A stretch of DNA of 61,484 nt from Parasitella parasitica NRRL 2501 (taxonomy: Eukaryota > Fungi > Mucoromycota), in NCBI GenBank assembly GCA_025201805.1, contig MU619306.1, forward strand, positions 16,772 through 78,255, read 5' to 3'. The notes under the pieces are model-generated. The model was not told where the DNA came from, searched no databases, and saw only the letters and a program-made list of their open reading frames with translations. Of this stretch, positions 1-14,224 are shown in pieces (within the stretch, counting starts at the first letter, position 1; the number at the start of each line of letters is the position of its first letter). The translations under genes and the position numbers were made by a program.

Positions 1-3000
1 TAAAGAGCAAAGTATAATTCTAATAGGTACCTTGCGTATGTCTCCATATGAATCGATAGCTGATATACAGCATAATACGGGCTAAAAAACCATTTTTGTA
101 TACCTTTATTTTTGGATGAAATAAACACCACCAAAACTGAAGTATTACCTCTTTTCCTGCTTAAAGACATAACTTGCAATTACTGATGTCTTTACAAACT
201 ATCAAGCGATGGAGACACAATTTTCAGCCAAAATATTTCCCGTTTGAACTATTCTACAATATATCCAATTCTCAAACATTTCTGATGACCATGATTCGGA
301 TTCTGCGATGTTTGGACCCCAAATCTCATATTCGATTTTCAATTTTCAACTTTGGTGATCTGCCATAATGTAGGTTAGGAGATCATGATAGTGTACTTCA
401 ATTAAAGATTGGAGATTGTCCAATGATGTGTTGTTATACTTGTCGAAACAGGAGAATAAAGCCTTTTTTGTTTCAAATCAGGAAGGTTATCTGTAACACA
501 GATCTGTATGATTGGCAAACAATAAGGTATACTGTCAGATCAAAGATCAATAACCTTGTAGTATAATATTACATCGTACCCTGCTGTTAAGGATATGATG
601 TTGCTTGCAAATTATTCTTATCGATTAGTATCGACTAGTATTTTAACTAAGTCACCAAAAATTTATGTTGTTGTAAAAAGCATAAATAGCAGATGCAAAG
701 TTGAATCTTTAATAAAGTAATCTCAAGTTTTAGTATCTCGTTAATTCAACGTTTTATACTATACTTTTCTTATTTCGATCTTGCAGATCTCAACACCACA
801 GTTTAAGTATATAAAGATTCATCTACCTGGCTAGTAAATGAACTGGAGCTTTATACACCTGTCGATTTGATAATAAAACCTATACCTTTATCAAGTTGAC
901 TTTATTGTTTTTTTAATATAATTTTTTTCCGTGAATCCATATAACAATTTATATCGATTCCACACACCAACTCTTGTATGAATGTGTTTGTTGTATTATG
1001 ATTGGAGAATTTGTGTTGAATTTGGCATCAAATATGCAATCAAATTGTTTCGAAATGGGTTTTTTTGTTGGCGAACTGAATCATTCAGAACAGAAAAATG
1101 CGTTTGCTTTTTTAAATTCAGCTGCGTGCTCAATCAAAGGCTCTTGAGGTATAGCTGGTAACTTAACCGTGATAAATCAGCATGGAATCACCTCTCTTTT
1201 GAAAAATCAGTACTGAAAGATAGATCAGAATCTGTATCATATCTGAATACAATACCAATGAAAGAACACAACATACCATATAACCGTAATATTTTTAAAA
1301 TGATACTGCCCTGTATGTCGCAGATTTCTCAATTTTGGTTGCTTGTATTGAGCAGCGCAGAGACAAGAGAAACAACCCACATGTCAATTACAATACACCA
1401 TTCGATACTACAATGCATTCAAACTTGGCAGTCATAATTAGAAGTCTAGAGAAGAACTATGAGACTTGAAATAGCTGTGTTTCTCATTTTTTCCTCTTTT
1501 CGTCAAGATTTTAAATTGAAATAACTTTTCATCCAATCAACCAATTTTTAAAACATAAAAAGTATCATATTCCACAACATCAAGTCTATCTTGTCATTTA
1601 GCTTTGGTTCACCAGATTATAGTTTTTAACTTAGTTTTCTAACTTAATATTGTTTATTATATTGCATTCATTTACTGCTTACGCAAAAATACGGTCACTG
1701 GCGTATTAAAAAATTGGCTACGCCTTTTTTTTTTTTTTNNNNNNNNNNNNNNNNNNNNNNNNNNNNNNNNNNNNNNNNNNNNNNNNNNNNNNNNNNNNNN
1801 NNNNNNNNNNNNNNNNNNNNNNNNNNNNNNNNNNNNNNNNNNNNNNNNNNNNNNNNNNNNNNNNNNNNNNNNNNNNNNNNNNNNNNNNNNNNNNNNNNNN
1901 NNNNNNNNNNNNNNNNNNNNNNNNNNNNNNNNNNNNNNNNNNNNNNNNNNNNNNNNNNNNNNNNNNNNNNNNNNNNNNNNNNNNNNNNNNNNNNNNNNNN
2001 NNNNNNNNNNNNNNNNNNNNNNNNNNNNNNNNNNNNNNNNNNNNNNNNNNNNNNNNNNNNNNNNNNNNNNNNNNNNNNNNNNNNNNNNNNNNNNNNNNNN
2101 NNNNNNNNNNNNNNNNNNNNNNNNNNNNNNNNNNNNNNNNNNNNNNNNNNNNNNNNNNNNNNNNNNNNNNNNNNNNNNNNNNNNNNNNNNNNNNNNNNNN
2201 NNNNNNNNNNNNNNNNNNNNNNNNNNNNNNNNNNNNNNNNNNNNNNNNNNNNNNNNNNNNNNNNNNNNNNNNNNNNNNNNNNNNNNNNNNNNNNNNNNNN
2301 NNNNNNNNNNNNNNNNNNNNNNNNNNNNNNNNNNNNNNNNNNNNNNNNNNNNNNNNNNNNNNNNNNNNNNNNNNNNNNNNNNNNNNNNNNNNNNNNNNNN
2401 NNNNNNNNNNNNNNNNNNNNNNNNNNNNNNNNNNNNNNNNNNNNNNNNNNNNNNNNNNNNNNNNNNNNNNNNNNNNNNNNNNNNNNNNNNNNNNNNNNNN
2501 NNNNNNNNNNNNNNNNNNNNNNNNNNNNNNNNNNNNNNNNNNNNNNNNNNNNNNNNNNNNNNNNNNNNNNNNNNNNNNNNNNNNNNNNNNNNNNNNNNNN
2601 NNNNNNNNNNNNNNNNNNNNNNNNNNNNNNNNNNNNNNNNNNNNNNNNNNNNNNNNNNNNNNNNNNNNNNNNNNNNNNNNNNNNNNNNTTTTCCTTAAAA
2701 ACAATGAATATTACACACGTTTTCTAAAAGACCATAACTAACACTCTCATGCACATTTTTTATAGTACCTATTACAAGAAAACAATATACAAGATGGCGT
2801 GTTTCTAGTGCAGTAGTTCATTCAGGTATTATCATTTATTATGTTTTTGAGATGGGCCATTTTATCCGAAGCTGTGAAGTGTGGTAAGACATTTTTCGGC
2901 TATTTAGGGGGGGTATTCATTGAAATTTTACCAATTTCTATTTTTGGTTGAATTTCAAGCTCCGCACTACATCAAAACAGGGGGAAACCCTGTTTTTTTG

Positions 3001-3773
3001 TTTTTAGAATTTGGGTGCGCGTAGGGGTTATTTTAGCCAATCAAATTGCGCGATTTATAATCTTTCAGCACTTTTTTTGTGTTTATAAATAAAACGCAGC
3101 GAAGAAAACAATGATATAGTCTTACCATTTTATTAAAAAATTGGTAGTAGTACCTAAGTTGCAGCGTATAACTAGTCCACAGCTAACATAAAATATTATG
3201 TATTTTGATTTCTCATTTGTGTATTTTCATGACTTCTATCTTGTCATAGAGCAGGATTTTGTACATTGGACTATTCGCTTGATTGTACAACTTCAATGTC
3301 AATTTCGTGATATAAACTTTAATAAACGTTTCAGTTACCTTAAGGTATATTCATAAAGATCTTGCCTGTAAAATAGTCATAAATTTTTACATCTATCTTC
3401 ATCAACATCTTCATTCAATCTTTCCATCAGGTTTATTGGTCAATCATACATTACACCATCATGGTATATTTCTTTATCTTTTAGTATCCACATTTAGTAT
3501 TAATAGCGATAGTATATTCATAGCCATGAGAGGCTCCTCATCCAAACATAAAATAAAACAGCGTCTTAAAAAGTATTTTATTTTAGTGTTTCCTCAGATT
3601 TTCACACATCTGTCCTATCATCTTCGTCCAATATTACTATTCTTTAAATCAGCATTTCCTAACAACTAAAAATTTCATTATCTGAAGCTTTTAAGCGCTC
3701 AGCCGTTGCATCGATTTGCCATAATTGATATGCTGTCTTAGCTTTGTAGGTTTGTAGTTGCAAACAGGCTACA

Positions 3774-3831
3774 AAATACATTCGCTGTAATGATATGCAT
3801 TTCACCGCCTCTAGATTCATCCAGCTCCCTT
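3774..3831 (+). repeat. Dispersed repeat, copy 1 (partner at 60923-60977)
   Basis: AAATACATTCGCTGTAATGATATGCATTTCACCGCCTCTAGATTCATCCAGCTCCCTT aligns with 60923-60977; exact shared core TCTAGATTCATCCAGCT. Confidence 0.7.
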
Positions 3832-3986
3832 CAACTGTTATAGACTATATACTGTATGTGCGCGGTAAAGGTGCACAAGACGTTTTGCACTTCGTACTTT
3901 GTAGATACCAACTTTTTATTGTAACGAAATATTTGAAATATTCATTACAATAAAAGAACAAAATAGTTAGAAATGCCTTATTCAAG

Positions 3987-4041
<55 letters not shown>
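3987..4041 (+). repeat. Poly(A) tract of about 55 nt
   Basis: Uninterrupted A run in intergenic DNA. Confidence 0.9.
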
Positions 4042-4045
<4 letters not shown>

Positions 4046-5403
4046 CAGCTATGGAATGATGAGAATACCAGATCGAATATTATGATATTCGCCATCAACA
4101 AAGAGTATCTGGACTAGCCATTACTTGGTAAGGAAAGGGGGAGGGGGAGGGGGAGGGGGACACCATTTGGCAATTACGAAAAATAGCATAGTAATTATTG
4201 ATATTGTCAGACTCACATTGACTTGTGCATGAAATTTTAGCTGATATAAGCACCATATTGTTAAATCGATAGATTAAACGCTTACAAAGAAATAGAGACG
4301 ACTCGATGATGTTGATTATTTTTAGGGGCCATTTTGTAAAATGTGTAGATAACTTGAATAATGCTTTTACATGTATTCATCTGATATTGACCAGACCAGA
4401 CTCGAGGGATATCGTTTGTTTGAATGGTGGAAGTCATCCATAATTATCTCTACACACAACAAATATTGGTAATATACCGTTCCATTCGAGCAACATTAAA
4501 CATTTTGTTTTATGACCGTATCTGTCAAGTGAATTTGAGATGTAGGCGCATGTAAAAATGGAGGTTTATCAGACTTAAAGACTGCTGCAGTTGATTTATC
4601 CGGCTTTATGAAATACTGATCGGAATATATAATGTTTAATCAACAAGTCTCAGTTGACTCCAACTTGATTTCCAATGTGATGTGTGCTCTTTTTCAGTCC
4701 TCGTTACGACAATATTAGTATAGTCATCATGGACGTTATAAGACCAACAAATATCAATTTGCAAATAAATTTGAAGAGGCTCTAGTTACTAAAACTATTA
4801 CACATATTGAGTTTTACAGATGGAAAAAGCTACCACTGCGATTACTCTATATATCGCTTAGCTGGGAGTGCAGCCAAAATAAAGCGGAGGTGTCCAGGGT
4901 AGCATGGTGCGGTATGTGTGCGCTGTTCGTTCGTATCAATATGTTAAAAGATAAATGTGCACAATTCACACATATACTTGAGTTAAATAATTTGACTGCT
5001 GGACAGCTTTTATTTTGAAATGTTTCAAATATACATGCCAATAGTACAGCTTGCACTTGCTGCCGATCTAGATAGTCTTGAACATTGGCCGACCATGCTA
5101 ACAATTTCTATTATCCCGGAATCTGATAATCCAGTCATTTTCCATATGATATAGAGGCCTTGGTTTTAGGAATTACGGCTATCAAATGTTGGTTTTTTTT
5201 TATCAACAGTCGTTGGGGCTTCAGTATCCGACTTTTTCTTTTTACAGTGAGAATCGACGATCGTGTTGAAAGACGATGAGAAAGTCCGCGAAATAAGAAA
5301 AAGGGCACCTCACCTTTCCTTCTCTTTGTCAAACTATTGCTTACTTTAACCCCATTCCAACTTCCATTCACCCCCAACTCTTGCCTGGTTAATCAATCAT
5401 AAC

Positions 5404-6707
5404 ATGCTTATTGCTTCCCTATTAACAAGCACAGGTACGTGTAGTCTGTGCCGTTGAAAAGATTGCAACACTCAATGGGTTTTGTAGCCAAGCAATGTCA
5501 AACAAAGGTACACATAGCAAAGCCATTGCTATGGACTCCTATGCAGCAAATGCGCTCATATGTCACTGAAAACACCACAAAAAAGCCGTAAGTAATCCAG
5601 AAAGAGTAGCGAGTAGCGCCAGCTTCTAAAATAACTCCCTCAAGACCCACCGCTGTTTTGCTCACCAATATGGGTGGACCAAAAACAACGGAGGATGTAT
5701 ATAATTTCTTGCATAATCTCTTTTCTGACAGAGATTTGATGCAACTTCCGTTCCAAAAGTATGCTGCAAAGTTTATTGCAAAGAGACGTACACCTCAAAT
5801 CATTGATCAGTATCAAGCCATTGGCGGAGGATCTCCTATTTTGCGTTGGACTCGCTTACAGGGCGCTGCCATGGAAAAAATCCTGGATAAGATCTCCCCA
5901 GAAACGGCTCCTCACAAGCATTATATTGCATTTCGCTACGTCGAACCTTATACCAATACAGCATTAGAGGAGATGAAGAAGGACGGTGTCGAACGTGCTA
6001 TAGTGTTTACGCAGTATCCTCAGTATTCGTGTTCCACTACCGGAAGCAGTTTGAATGAACTGCATCGCGGCATTTCGGAACTGGGCATGGATCATGTCTG
6101 TTGGAGCATTATTGACCGATGGCCTACCCATCCTGGCTTCATTGAAGCCACTGCAAAGAAAATTGAGGCAAAGCTGGCTGAATATACTGAGGAAGAGCGT
6201 CAGAGTGCTATCATCATGTTCTCTGCTCATTCTTTGCCCATGTCTGTTGTCAATCGTGGCGATCCTTATCCGGCTGAAGTTGCCGCAACTGTAGATCATG
6301 TCATGAAGAGGCTGGAAAACAAATATCCTTACCGCCTTTGCTGGCAATCACAAGTAGGTCCAAAAGCCTGGCTTGGCCCTCAAACATCGGACGCTCTCAA
6401 GGGTTTTGCCAAAGCAGGTAAAAAGAACTTGGTTGTTGTTCCAATTGCTTTTACGAGCGATCACATTGAAACATTGTACGAACTGGATCATGAATATGGG
6501 ACTGAAGCCAAGGAGCTGGGCATCACGGGATGGAAACGTATTGATGCTTTGAACGACGATCCGATTTTTACCCGGGCAATGGCTGACATTGTAAAGGAAC
6601 ATATCGAAAAAAACGAGGTTGTTAGCAAACAATGGCCTCTCAGATGTCCCGACTGTACGTTTGAAACATGTGGACATTCTCGTGAATACTTTAACAGTCA
6701 AAAATGA
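5404..6707 (+). CDS. HEM15: Ferrochelatase (mitochondrial), 3 exons
   Basis: NMGGP, QYPQYSCSTTGSS, FSAHSLP, WQSQVGP, PIAFTSDHIETLYELD motifs and C-terminal cysteines; ATG at 5404 with two short GT-AG introns upstream of ORF 5658-6707. Confidence 0.95.
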
Positions 6708-6973
6708 TGATAATAAATGCACATAATACTGTTTGCTTTAATAAAAATAGATCAGCTATAAAGCGAAGCAGTGTACGAATAGTGATCAGGACAAAGGCAT
6801 TGCTATGCGCTCCCATTAGAGTATCCAGACATTCGTGATGAAAGTACAGTGCATGCTTCTTCAACAGTCACCAAAACCAAAGCTTTTTTTTTTTTTTTTT
6901 CGTACTTGAAAAATCATGAGAAAGCATTAGTTCAAACATTGTCTTGTTTCTCATTCCAATTCAACTATCTAAA

Positions 6974-8293
<1,320 letters not shown>

Positions 8294-8333
8294 ATAAAAC
8301 TGCGAGTGATGGCAAATGACTATATACATGTTT

Positions 8334-9939
8334 TTATTCTTGTCGTCTCTTTTTGGTTTGTCTATCATCTATGTCGTTTTTGCGCCGATTTGATGCTTCC
8401 TTGATCCTTGGCATACATTCAATCAATTGTTCTTTTGAGACAGCATCTCTAATACTGCATAAAACATTGTCCACCGTGCGCTGATGGTTGCCATCAGGCT
8501 TATCATCTCTGTATCGCATGAATCTCCATGGTGATTTGAGATTTAACTGTTGTTGCAACTCAGGGTCATAGTTGCATTCAATGATTTTTCCGTCCATTTC
8601 CTTTGGTCTTTTCCCAAATTTTTCTTTCCATTCGTGGGTTGTTATACCTAACTCTGCAAAAAAATTATAATCTTTTCCTCCTTGCCACACAAGTAGGTCG
8701 ATCCTAGGTTTTGCTGTATAATCTTTGACACCTGGTAAGCTCCCACCCGGAAAAAATAGCGACACTTTGAAATCAACCGAGTTCTCGTTCAGCGGTTTCC
8801 ATTTCAGCCTTTAAAAATTCATTTAAAGACGGGTATGTTTGTACACAGTTTTTACCTACATTTTGTTACAAGTTCCCATCGCATATGGTGCATTTACAGA
8901 CGTAAAGATGAGTCCATCGTTCCCGTGCTTCAACTTGGGTATGATCTCATTAAACACGATATCAAGATGGTAAGTAAACTGCTGTTCTTTGAATTCAACT
9001 CTAATAAACCCAAGAATAAATATCTTGTTGTTACACCTGTTGTAACAAATCCTTACAGAAATGGCAATTGTCTTTGTAATTGTGGGTTCTTTTTGATCAT
9101 TTCTTGGTGGGGTTTGATGATGTCGTTTCGAAGATACTAGGCATTTATTAGTACTCCAGCAGCATGCATCAATGAATGGTATTTACCCCTAATCGGCTCA
9201 TAAGACCTCGAGATGTTAATACTTTGCTTTCGATGCATAAACAATCAAATAGTAAAAATCGTAGTTGGGTCTATTCAAATCATATAAATATATATATATA
9301 TTTATATTAGAAGTGGCATGATGATACTGGTTGAAAACTCACTGTGCCATCTTGCTCTTTATCCAGAACGAATTCTCCATCGATGATTGTATTTTTCAAG
9401 CACTTTTGGAAACTTGGATCACCTGGAATTGGAAATCGAAATTTGCGCACAACATGAAAATTGCTCTTTCTGTCAAACTAAAACTGCAGGATTAGGCTTA
9501 ATTGAATACATGGATCAGATAGAATACAAACGAGATAGACTTGTGGTTCTCGTCTATGGTCTACCGTCAGCAAAGCTAGACAGCGTACACCGTCTGATTT
9601 CTCGGCAACAAAAAAACTATGTAGTTTTTAAGCAAAAATGATGTCAGTCCATGAATTGAATAAAGTTACTCTTCTTCTTCGATTTCTCTCAGCTGCTTGG
9701 CGCCAAAGCTGATGGGTTGTGCTCCAGGAAATCTATCAATGGACAATTCAATACATGGACTTGAAGGCTTTTTTTTTTTTTTTTTTTTTTTTGTAAAACA
9801 TGGAATCTATTATCTCAACATTTTGCGGATTAGTTCTGTACTTGTAGCTATTCAACTTTAAAAGCGAAGCAACCTGTTCCTTGAGATCAAATGTATCTCT
9901 GACAGGTTCTCCAGGGATATCAGGAACTGGGCTTGTCAT
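8334..9939 (-). CDS. CEG1: mRNA capping enzyme, guanylyltransferase subunit (multi-exon)
   Basis: Minus-strand exons give FPGAQPISF, motif I FVAEKSDGVR (KxDG), HGNDGLIF, LKWKP and an OB-fold end with IIEC...WRFMRYRDDK. Confidence 0.92.
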
Positions 9940-10157
9940 TAGATGTGTAATGTTAAAAAAAGAGGAGAAAGCTTTGGCGGTGAGAAGAGGTCTGTCTAGC
10001 AATGGTGGTGGTTCGCAAGACGACGTCAGCCGAAGTTGGAGCGGTATATAGTGTAGCATTTGCTCCCTCCCTTTTCCAAGAGACGCGTTTTTGTTCTTCA
10101 TTATAAATTTTTTTCTTTTACTTTTTCGTTATTCTCCTAGTTTACTGATACAATAAC

Positions 10158-10719
10158 ATGTTTGGAAAGAGTACATTCGGATCAACTGGGGTATTTGGTC
10201 AGCAGCAGCAGCAGCAGCAGCCATCTTCAGTCTTTGGTCAACAACAACAGCAGCCTCAACAACAAGGTGGTGGATTTAGTGGTAAGTTTTTCAAAGAACC
10301 AGCAAAAAATCTTCGTTCGTAACAACGTAATGATAGCATTTGGAGGAACTGCCACAGGGGGGGCTTTCGGTGCCACACCTGCTACAACAAACGCATTTGG
10401 CCAACCTGCCCAACAGTCCGCATTCGGGTCTACGCCTGCTGCAAGTAAGTATATACATTTACATCCTTTTCCTTGTCAAAATACTGAATTTGTTTACTTG
10501 AAGCTGGTTTCGGGGCAGGCACCACGTCTGCCTTTGGTCAAGCTAGACCTTCTGCATTCGGAGCACCACAACCATCTGCTTTCGGCACTAGTAAGTTTCT
10601 TGTCATGATTGGAAGAGCGTTTAGTGTTTGACACTTTCTCATCAATAGCTCAAAATAATACTAACACTGGTTTCGGTGGTGGATTTGGAGCCAGTAAGTA
10701 TATCTTTTTCATTATATGC

Positions 10720-10758
<39 letters not shown>

Positions 10759-13393
10759 TATTGCTCAAGAGAAGCGAATTTTCAACTAAACTGTTGATAT
10801 ATTTAATCTGCCATGTCGTCCCCTCTGAATATTTCTCTCTTTTATTTTTCTTGAATTCTAACCAACTTATCAATGGTAGCGCCCTCGACTTCAACATTTG
10901 GAAGTACAGCAGCTCAACCAACGGGTGGATTGTTTGGACAAGCTCCCGTTACGAACGCTTTTGGGAGTACCTCCAATGCATTTGGACAACCTCAGCAGCA
11001 GCAAGCATCGGGTTTCGGTGGTATGGGTACCACTGGTTCTGCTTTTGGACAGCCAACTAATACTGGAGGTGTAAATCAAGGCACTGCAACTGCTGATTTT
11101 ACTCCTACTCAAGATCGCGACATTTCAACTGGCATAAACAATTTCTTCCAGACAATTACAGCTATGCCACAATATAAGAACTATTCTCTCGAAGAACTGC
11201 GTTTGCAAGACTACCTTCAAAATAGAAAGAATGCTAGCAGTGCTCCCGCCAGTTCATTTGGTACTTCTGGCGGCGGTGCGTTTGGCGCTACTCCTGCTAC
11301 AACCTCAGCATTTAGCCAACCTACGGCTACAGGTGCTTTTGGTCAGCAGCAACCATCTGCGTTTGGTCAACCTGCTCAGACAAATGCTTTTGGAGCCAGT
11401 GTAGGCGCATCTGGTAGTCTTTTTGGACAACAACAACCCGGCTCCAATACTCCAGCATTTGGTCAGCCCGCTACCAACGCCTTTGGTAGTAGCAATTCAG
11501 CATTCGGTCAACCCTCCACTGCTAATACAAGCTTTGGTTCCGCTGCAAACACTGGGGGTGCTTTCGGAACTGCTGCTTCAAAGCCTTTTGCATTTGGTAA
11601 GTTGATTTCTCAAGTTGTAAACTATTCAAGCAGTAACATCTTCCAACTTACTAGGCAGCACACCTGCGCCTACGACAGGTGGATTCAGCCAAACAACAAA
11701 TACTGCATTTGGTCAGGCTGCTCCCACTACAAGTGCTTTTGGTCAACAGTCTGCTTCTACTAATTTTGGTGGATTTGGACAAAAGCCTGCAGGTACGACT
11801 ACTGGTGGATTTGGTGGATTTGGCAACACTGGCACTACTGGTGGATTTGGTCAGCCTGCTGCTGGTGGGTTTGGTCAGCCTGCTGCTGGTGGGTTTGGAG
11901 CCGCCACAAGCAAGCCTGCCTCGTCCTTTTCTTTTGGAGCCACTGCTCCTGCCACTGGAACTACTGGTGGATTTGGTGGATTCGGAACAACCCCTGCTGC
12001 TGGTACTGGTGGATTTGGCCAAACTACTACTGGCGGTGGACTTTTTGGGGCTGCAAAACCCGCTGCTCCCACCACTTCATTGTTTGGTAATACTGCTGGT
12101 GCTACAACAGGCGCCACTGGTGGTTTTGGTGGTTTTGGTGGTTTTGGCACTGGTCAAACTGGTCAAACTGGAGGAGCAGGGGGTTTGTTTGGCCAAAAGC
12201 CTGCTTCTGGATTAGGCACTACTGGAAGCGGTGGATTGTTTGGAAACAGCACAATGGGTGCTACCAATACTGGGTTCGGTGGATTTGGTCAACAGCAACA
12301 AGGTGCCAATAGCTTCAACTTGCCTGCCCAAGGTGGTTTGACTTCGTTTGGCACTAATGCTCTCCAACCTGGCATGCAACAACAGCCTTTAATTGCTACT
12401 GTCGATAAGAACCCTTACGGCAACAATCCCTTGTTTGACTTGAGCAAGGTTTCTAAAACTACTGCCGGCCTCAAACCTGGTGCCTCTGCTGTTGCTTCAG
12501 ATGGCTCCAGCCGTAAATCCAACTATCCTCATTTCCCCATATCTCCTCGCACTGTGTCCAAAATCAGACTTCGTGGATTCAGCTTAAACCCCTCTAAAAA
12601 AGCCAATGCTCGTACGACTGCCACCAACTCTTTAGAAGGCGTCAGCGATGATGCTGTCCTCGGTTCAGGTGCATTCGCTCCTCGTGCCAACAATAGGGTA
12701 TTAGTATTTGATGAGAACGTCGACACAGCAAGCATTGTTAATCTGGTAAACAGCAAGAAATCTGACAAGAGAAGAGTCATGTTTGACCCCCAACTCGAAT
12801 ATGTTGCCGCCAAAGAAAATAACACTACAAAGTCTGCAACAGCAGCTACTACTACTACTACTACTACTACCACTGCTACAACGACTACGACGATATCCGA
12901 GGTGACAGCCAATAGTGACGCATCTTCTTCCATTGCAACATCTTCGGCATCTATTATTGCTTCAAAGAATGGCTATTATATCTCACCCACTCTTGATACC
13001 TTGGCAAGTATGCCTAAGGAAGGATTAAAGCAGGTACAGAACCTGGTTGTTGGTCGTAGGGGGTATGGCGAAGTACGTTATGAGCAACCAGTGGATCTAT
13101 CTGATGTCAATCTGGAGGATATCATGGGTAACATTGTTGTTATCGAAGAAAAGACAGTTGTCGTCTATCCTGATCAAGACTCCAAGCCTCCCGAGGGTGT
13201 TCAACTGAATTTGCCAGCAACTGTCAAGATTGAGAATTGCTTTTCCCATGATAAAAACACTGGTGCTCCCATCAAAGATCCCTCACATCCTCGCTTCAGA
13301 CTTTTCAAGGATCGACTTTGTAAGCGGGAGAATGTTGAATTTGTTGACTACAAAGATAATGGCGAATGGACTTTCAAGGTTAAGGGATTCTAA
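10158..13393 (+). CDS. NUP98: GLFG nucleoporin Nup98/Nup116-like (FG repeats, GLEBS, C-terminal S59-like domain; no Nup96 part)
   Basis: Many FG/GLFG repeats; GLEBS FQTITAMPQYKNYSLEELRLQDY; GYYISPTL...VGRRGYGEV...VVVYPD...LNLPA...GEWTFKVKGF-stop; several short introns. Confidence 0.9.
10723..10754 (+). repeat. (AG)n microsatellite in a NUP98 intron
   Basis: Direct read of sequence. Confidence 0.9.
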
Positions 13394-14224
13394 ATACACA
13401 GCTTGCACTGTTATATACGCTCACATTAAACATTTTGCCATTTGCCCAATTTTACAAACATTGACACATTGAGATTAAATAAAATCTGAAAATTTTCCTA
13501 TTAAAAGATTGTATGATACCAATTATAGTATAAAGACACAATTAATGCATGTGCTATTGGACTCAAAGCTCAGGTATTTCCTTGTTATTGAGAGCTTTGT
13601 CTTGATACTCATTGTCTTGAGTTTGACACTCGTTATTTGCTTTATTATTCTGGCTACTAAATTGTTCGTTCTACTGGTGCTTTATATGCTTGATACCATT
13701 CATCTCGAATCTCACATTATTGGTATGCAAAATAAAGCCGTACAATGATCGCGTGCACATTTCAGTAGCCTACAGTTCTTTATAAAAAGAACATGTTTAC
13801 CTTATTGTTACTAAAATAAGGTACATTAATAGATACAATGAATGATTGATTACATTTAATAGAAACAAGAACTAGATACGACGCTTAGTGGTACCTAGGT
13901 TACGTCATGTTGTGTATGGTTATGTAAGGTTTGTGTTATGATGTGGCAGTGGCAGTGTCTTCCGTTGGCTTCACCGTTGTCAACGTAACCAGCAATAAAA
14001 AGAGGGGGGGGGGGGGGAAGGGAGGGGGGAGGAGGAGCTCGAGCCTTTTCGATATTAGACCTCAGGATCTGCTTTTTATGCACACGTTAGGAGGGCTGAG
14101 ATTTCCTTCTAATAATGCGAATATTTATTCACACCATCATTTTCTTTTCTTTGTTTTCACCCCTTTTTTCTCTTTTTTTTTTTTCTTCTTCTTGATAATA
14201 ACATTATATACCCAATTAAACAAC

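Noticed and set aside
1-1700. AT-rich region with a short ORF at 174-368
   Set aside because: No recognisable domain or termini; probably decayed repeat
1714-2727. Long ORFs on both strands
   Set aside because: Artefacts of the N gap
4250-5300. Stop-riddled coding-like sequence, perhaps an F-box/LRR or transposon pseudogene
   Set aside because: No motif I can identify with confidence
11651-12933. Antisense and alternative-frame ORFs in NUP98
   Set aside because: By-products of FG-repeat and Thr-repeat low complexity
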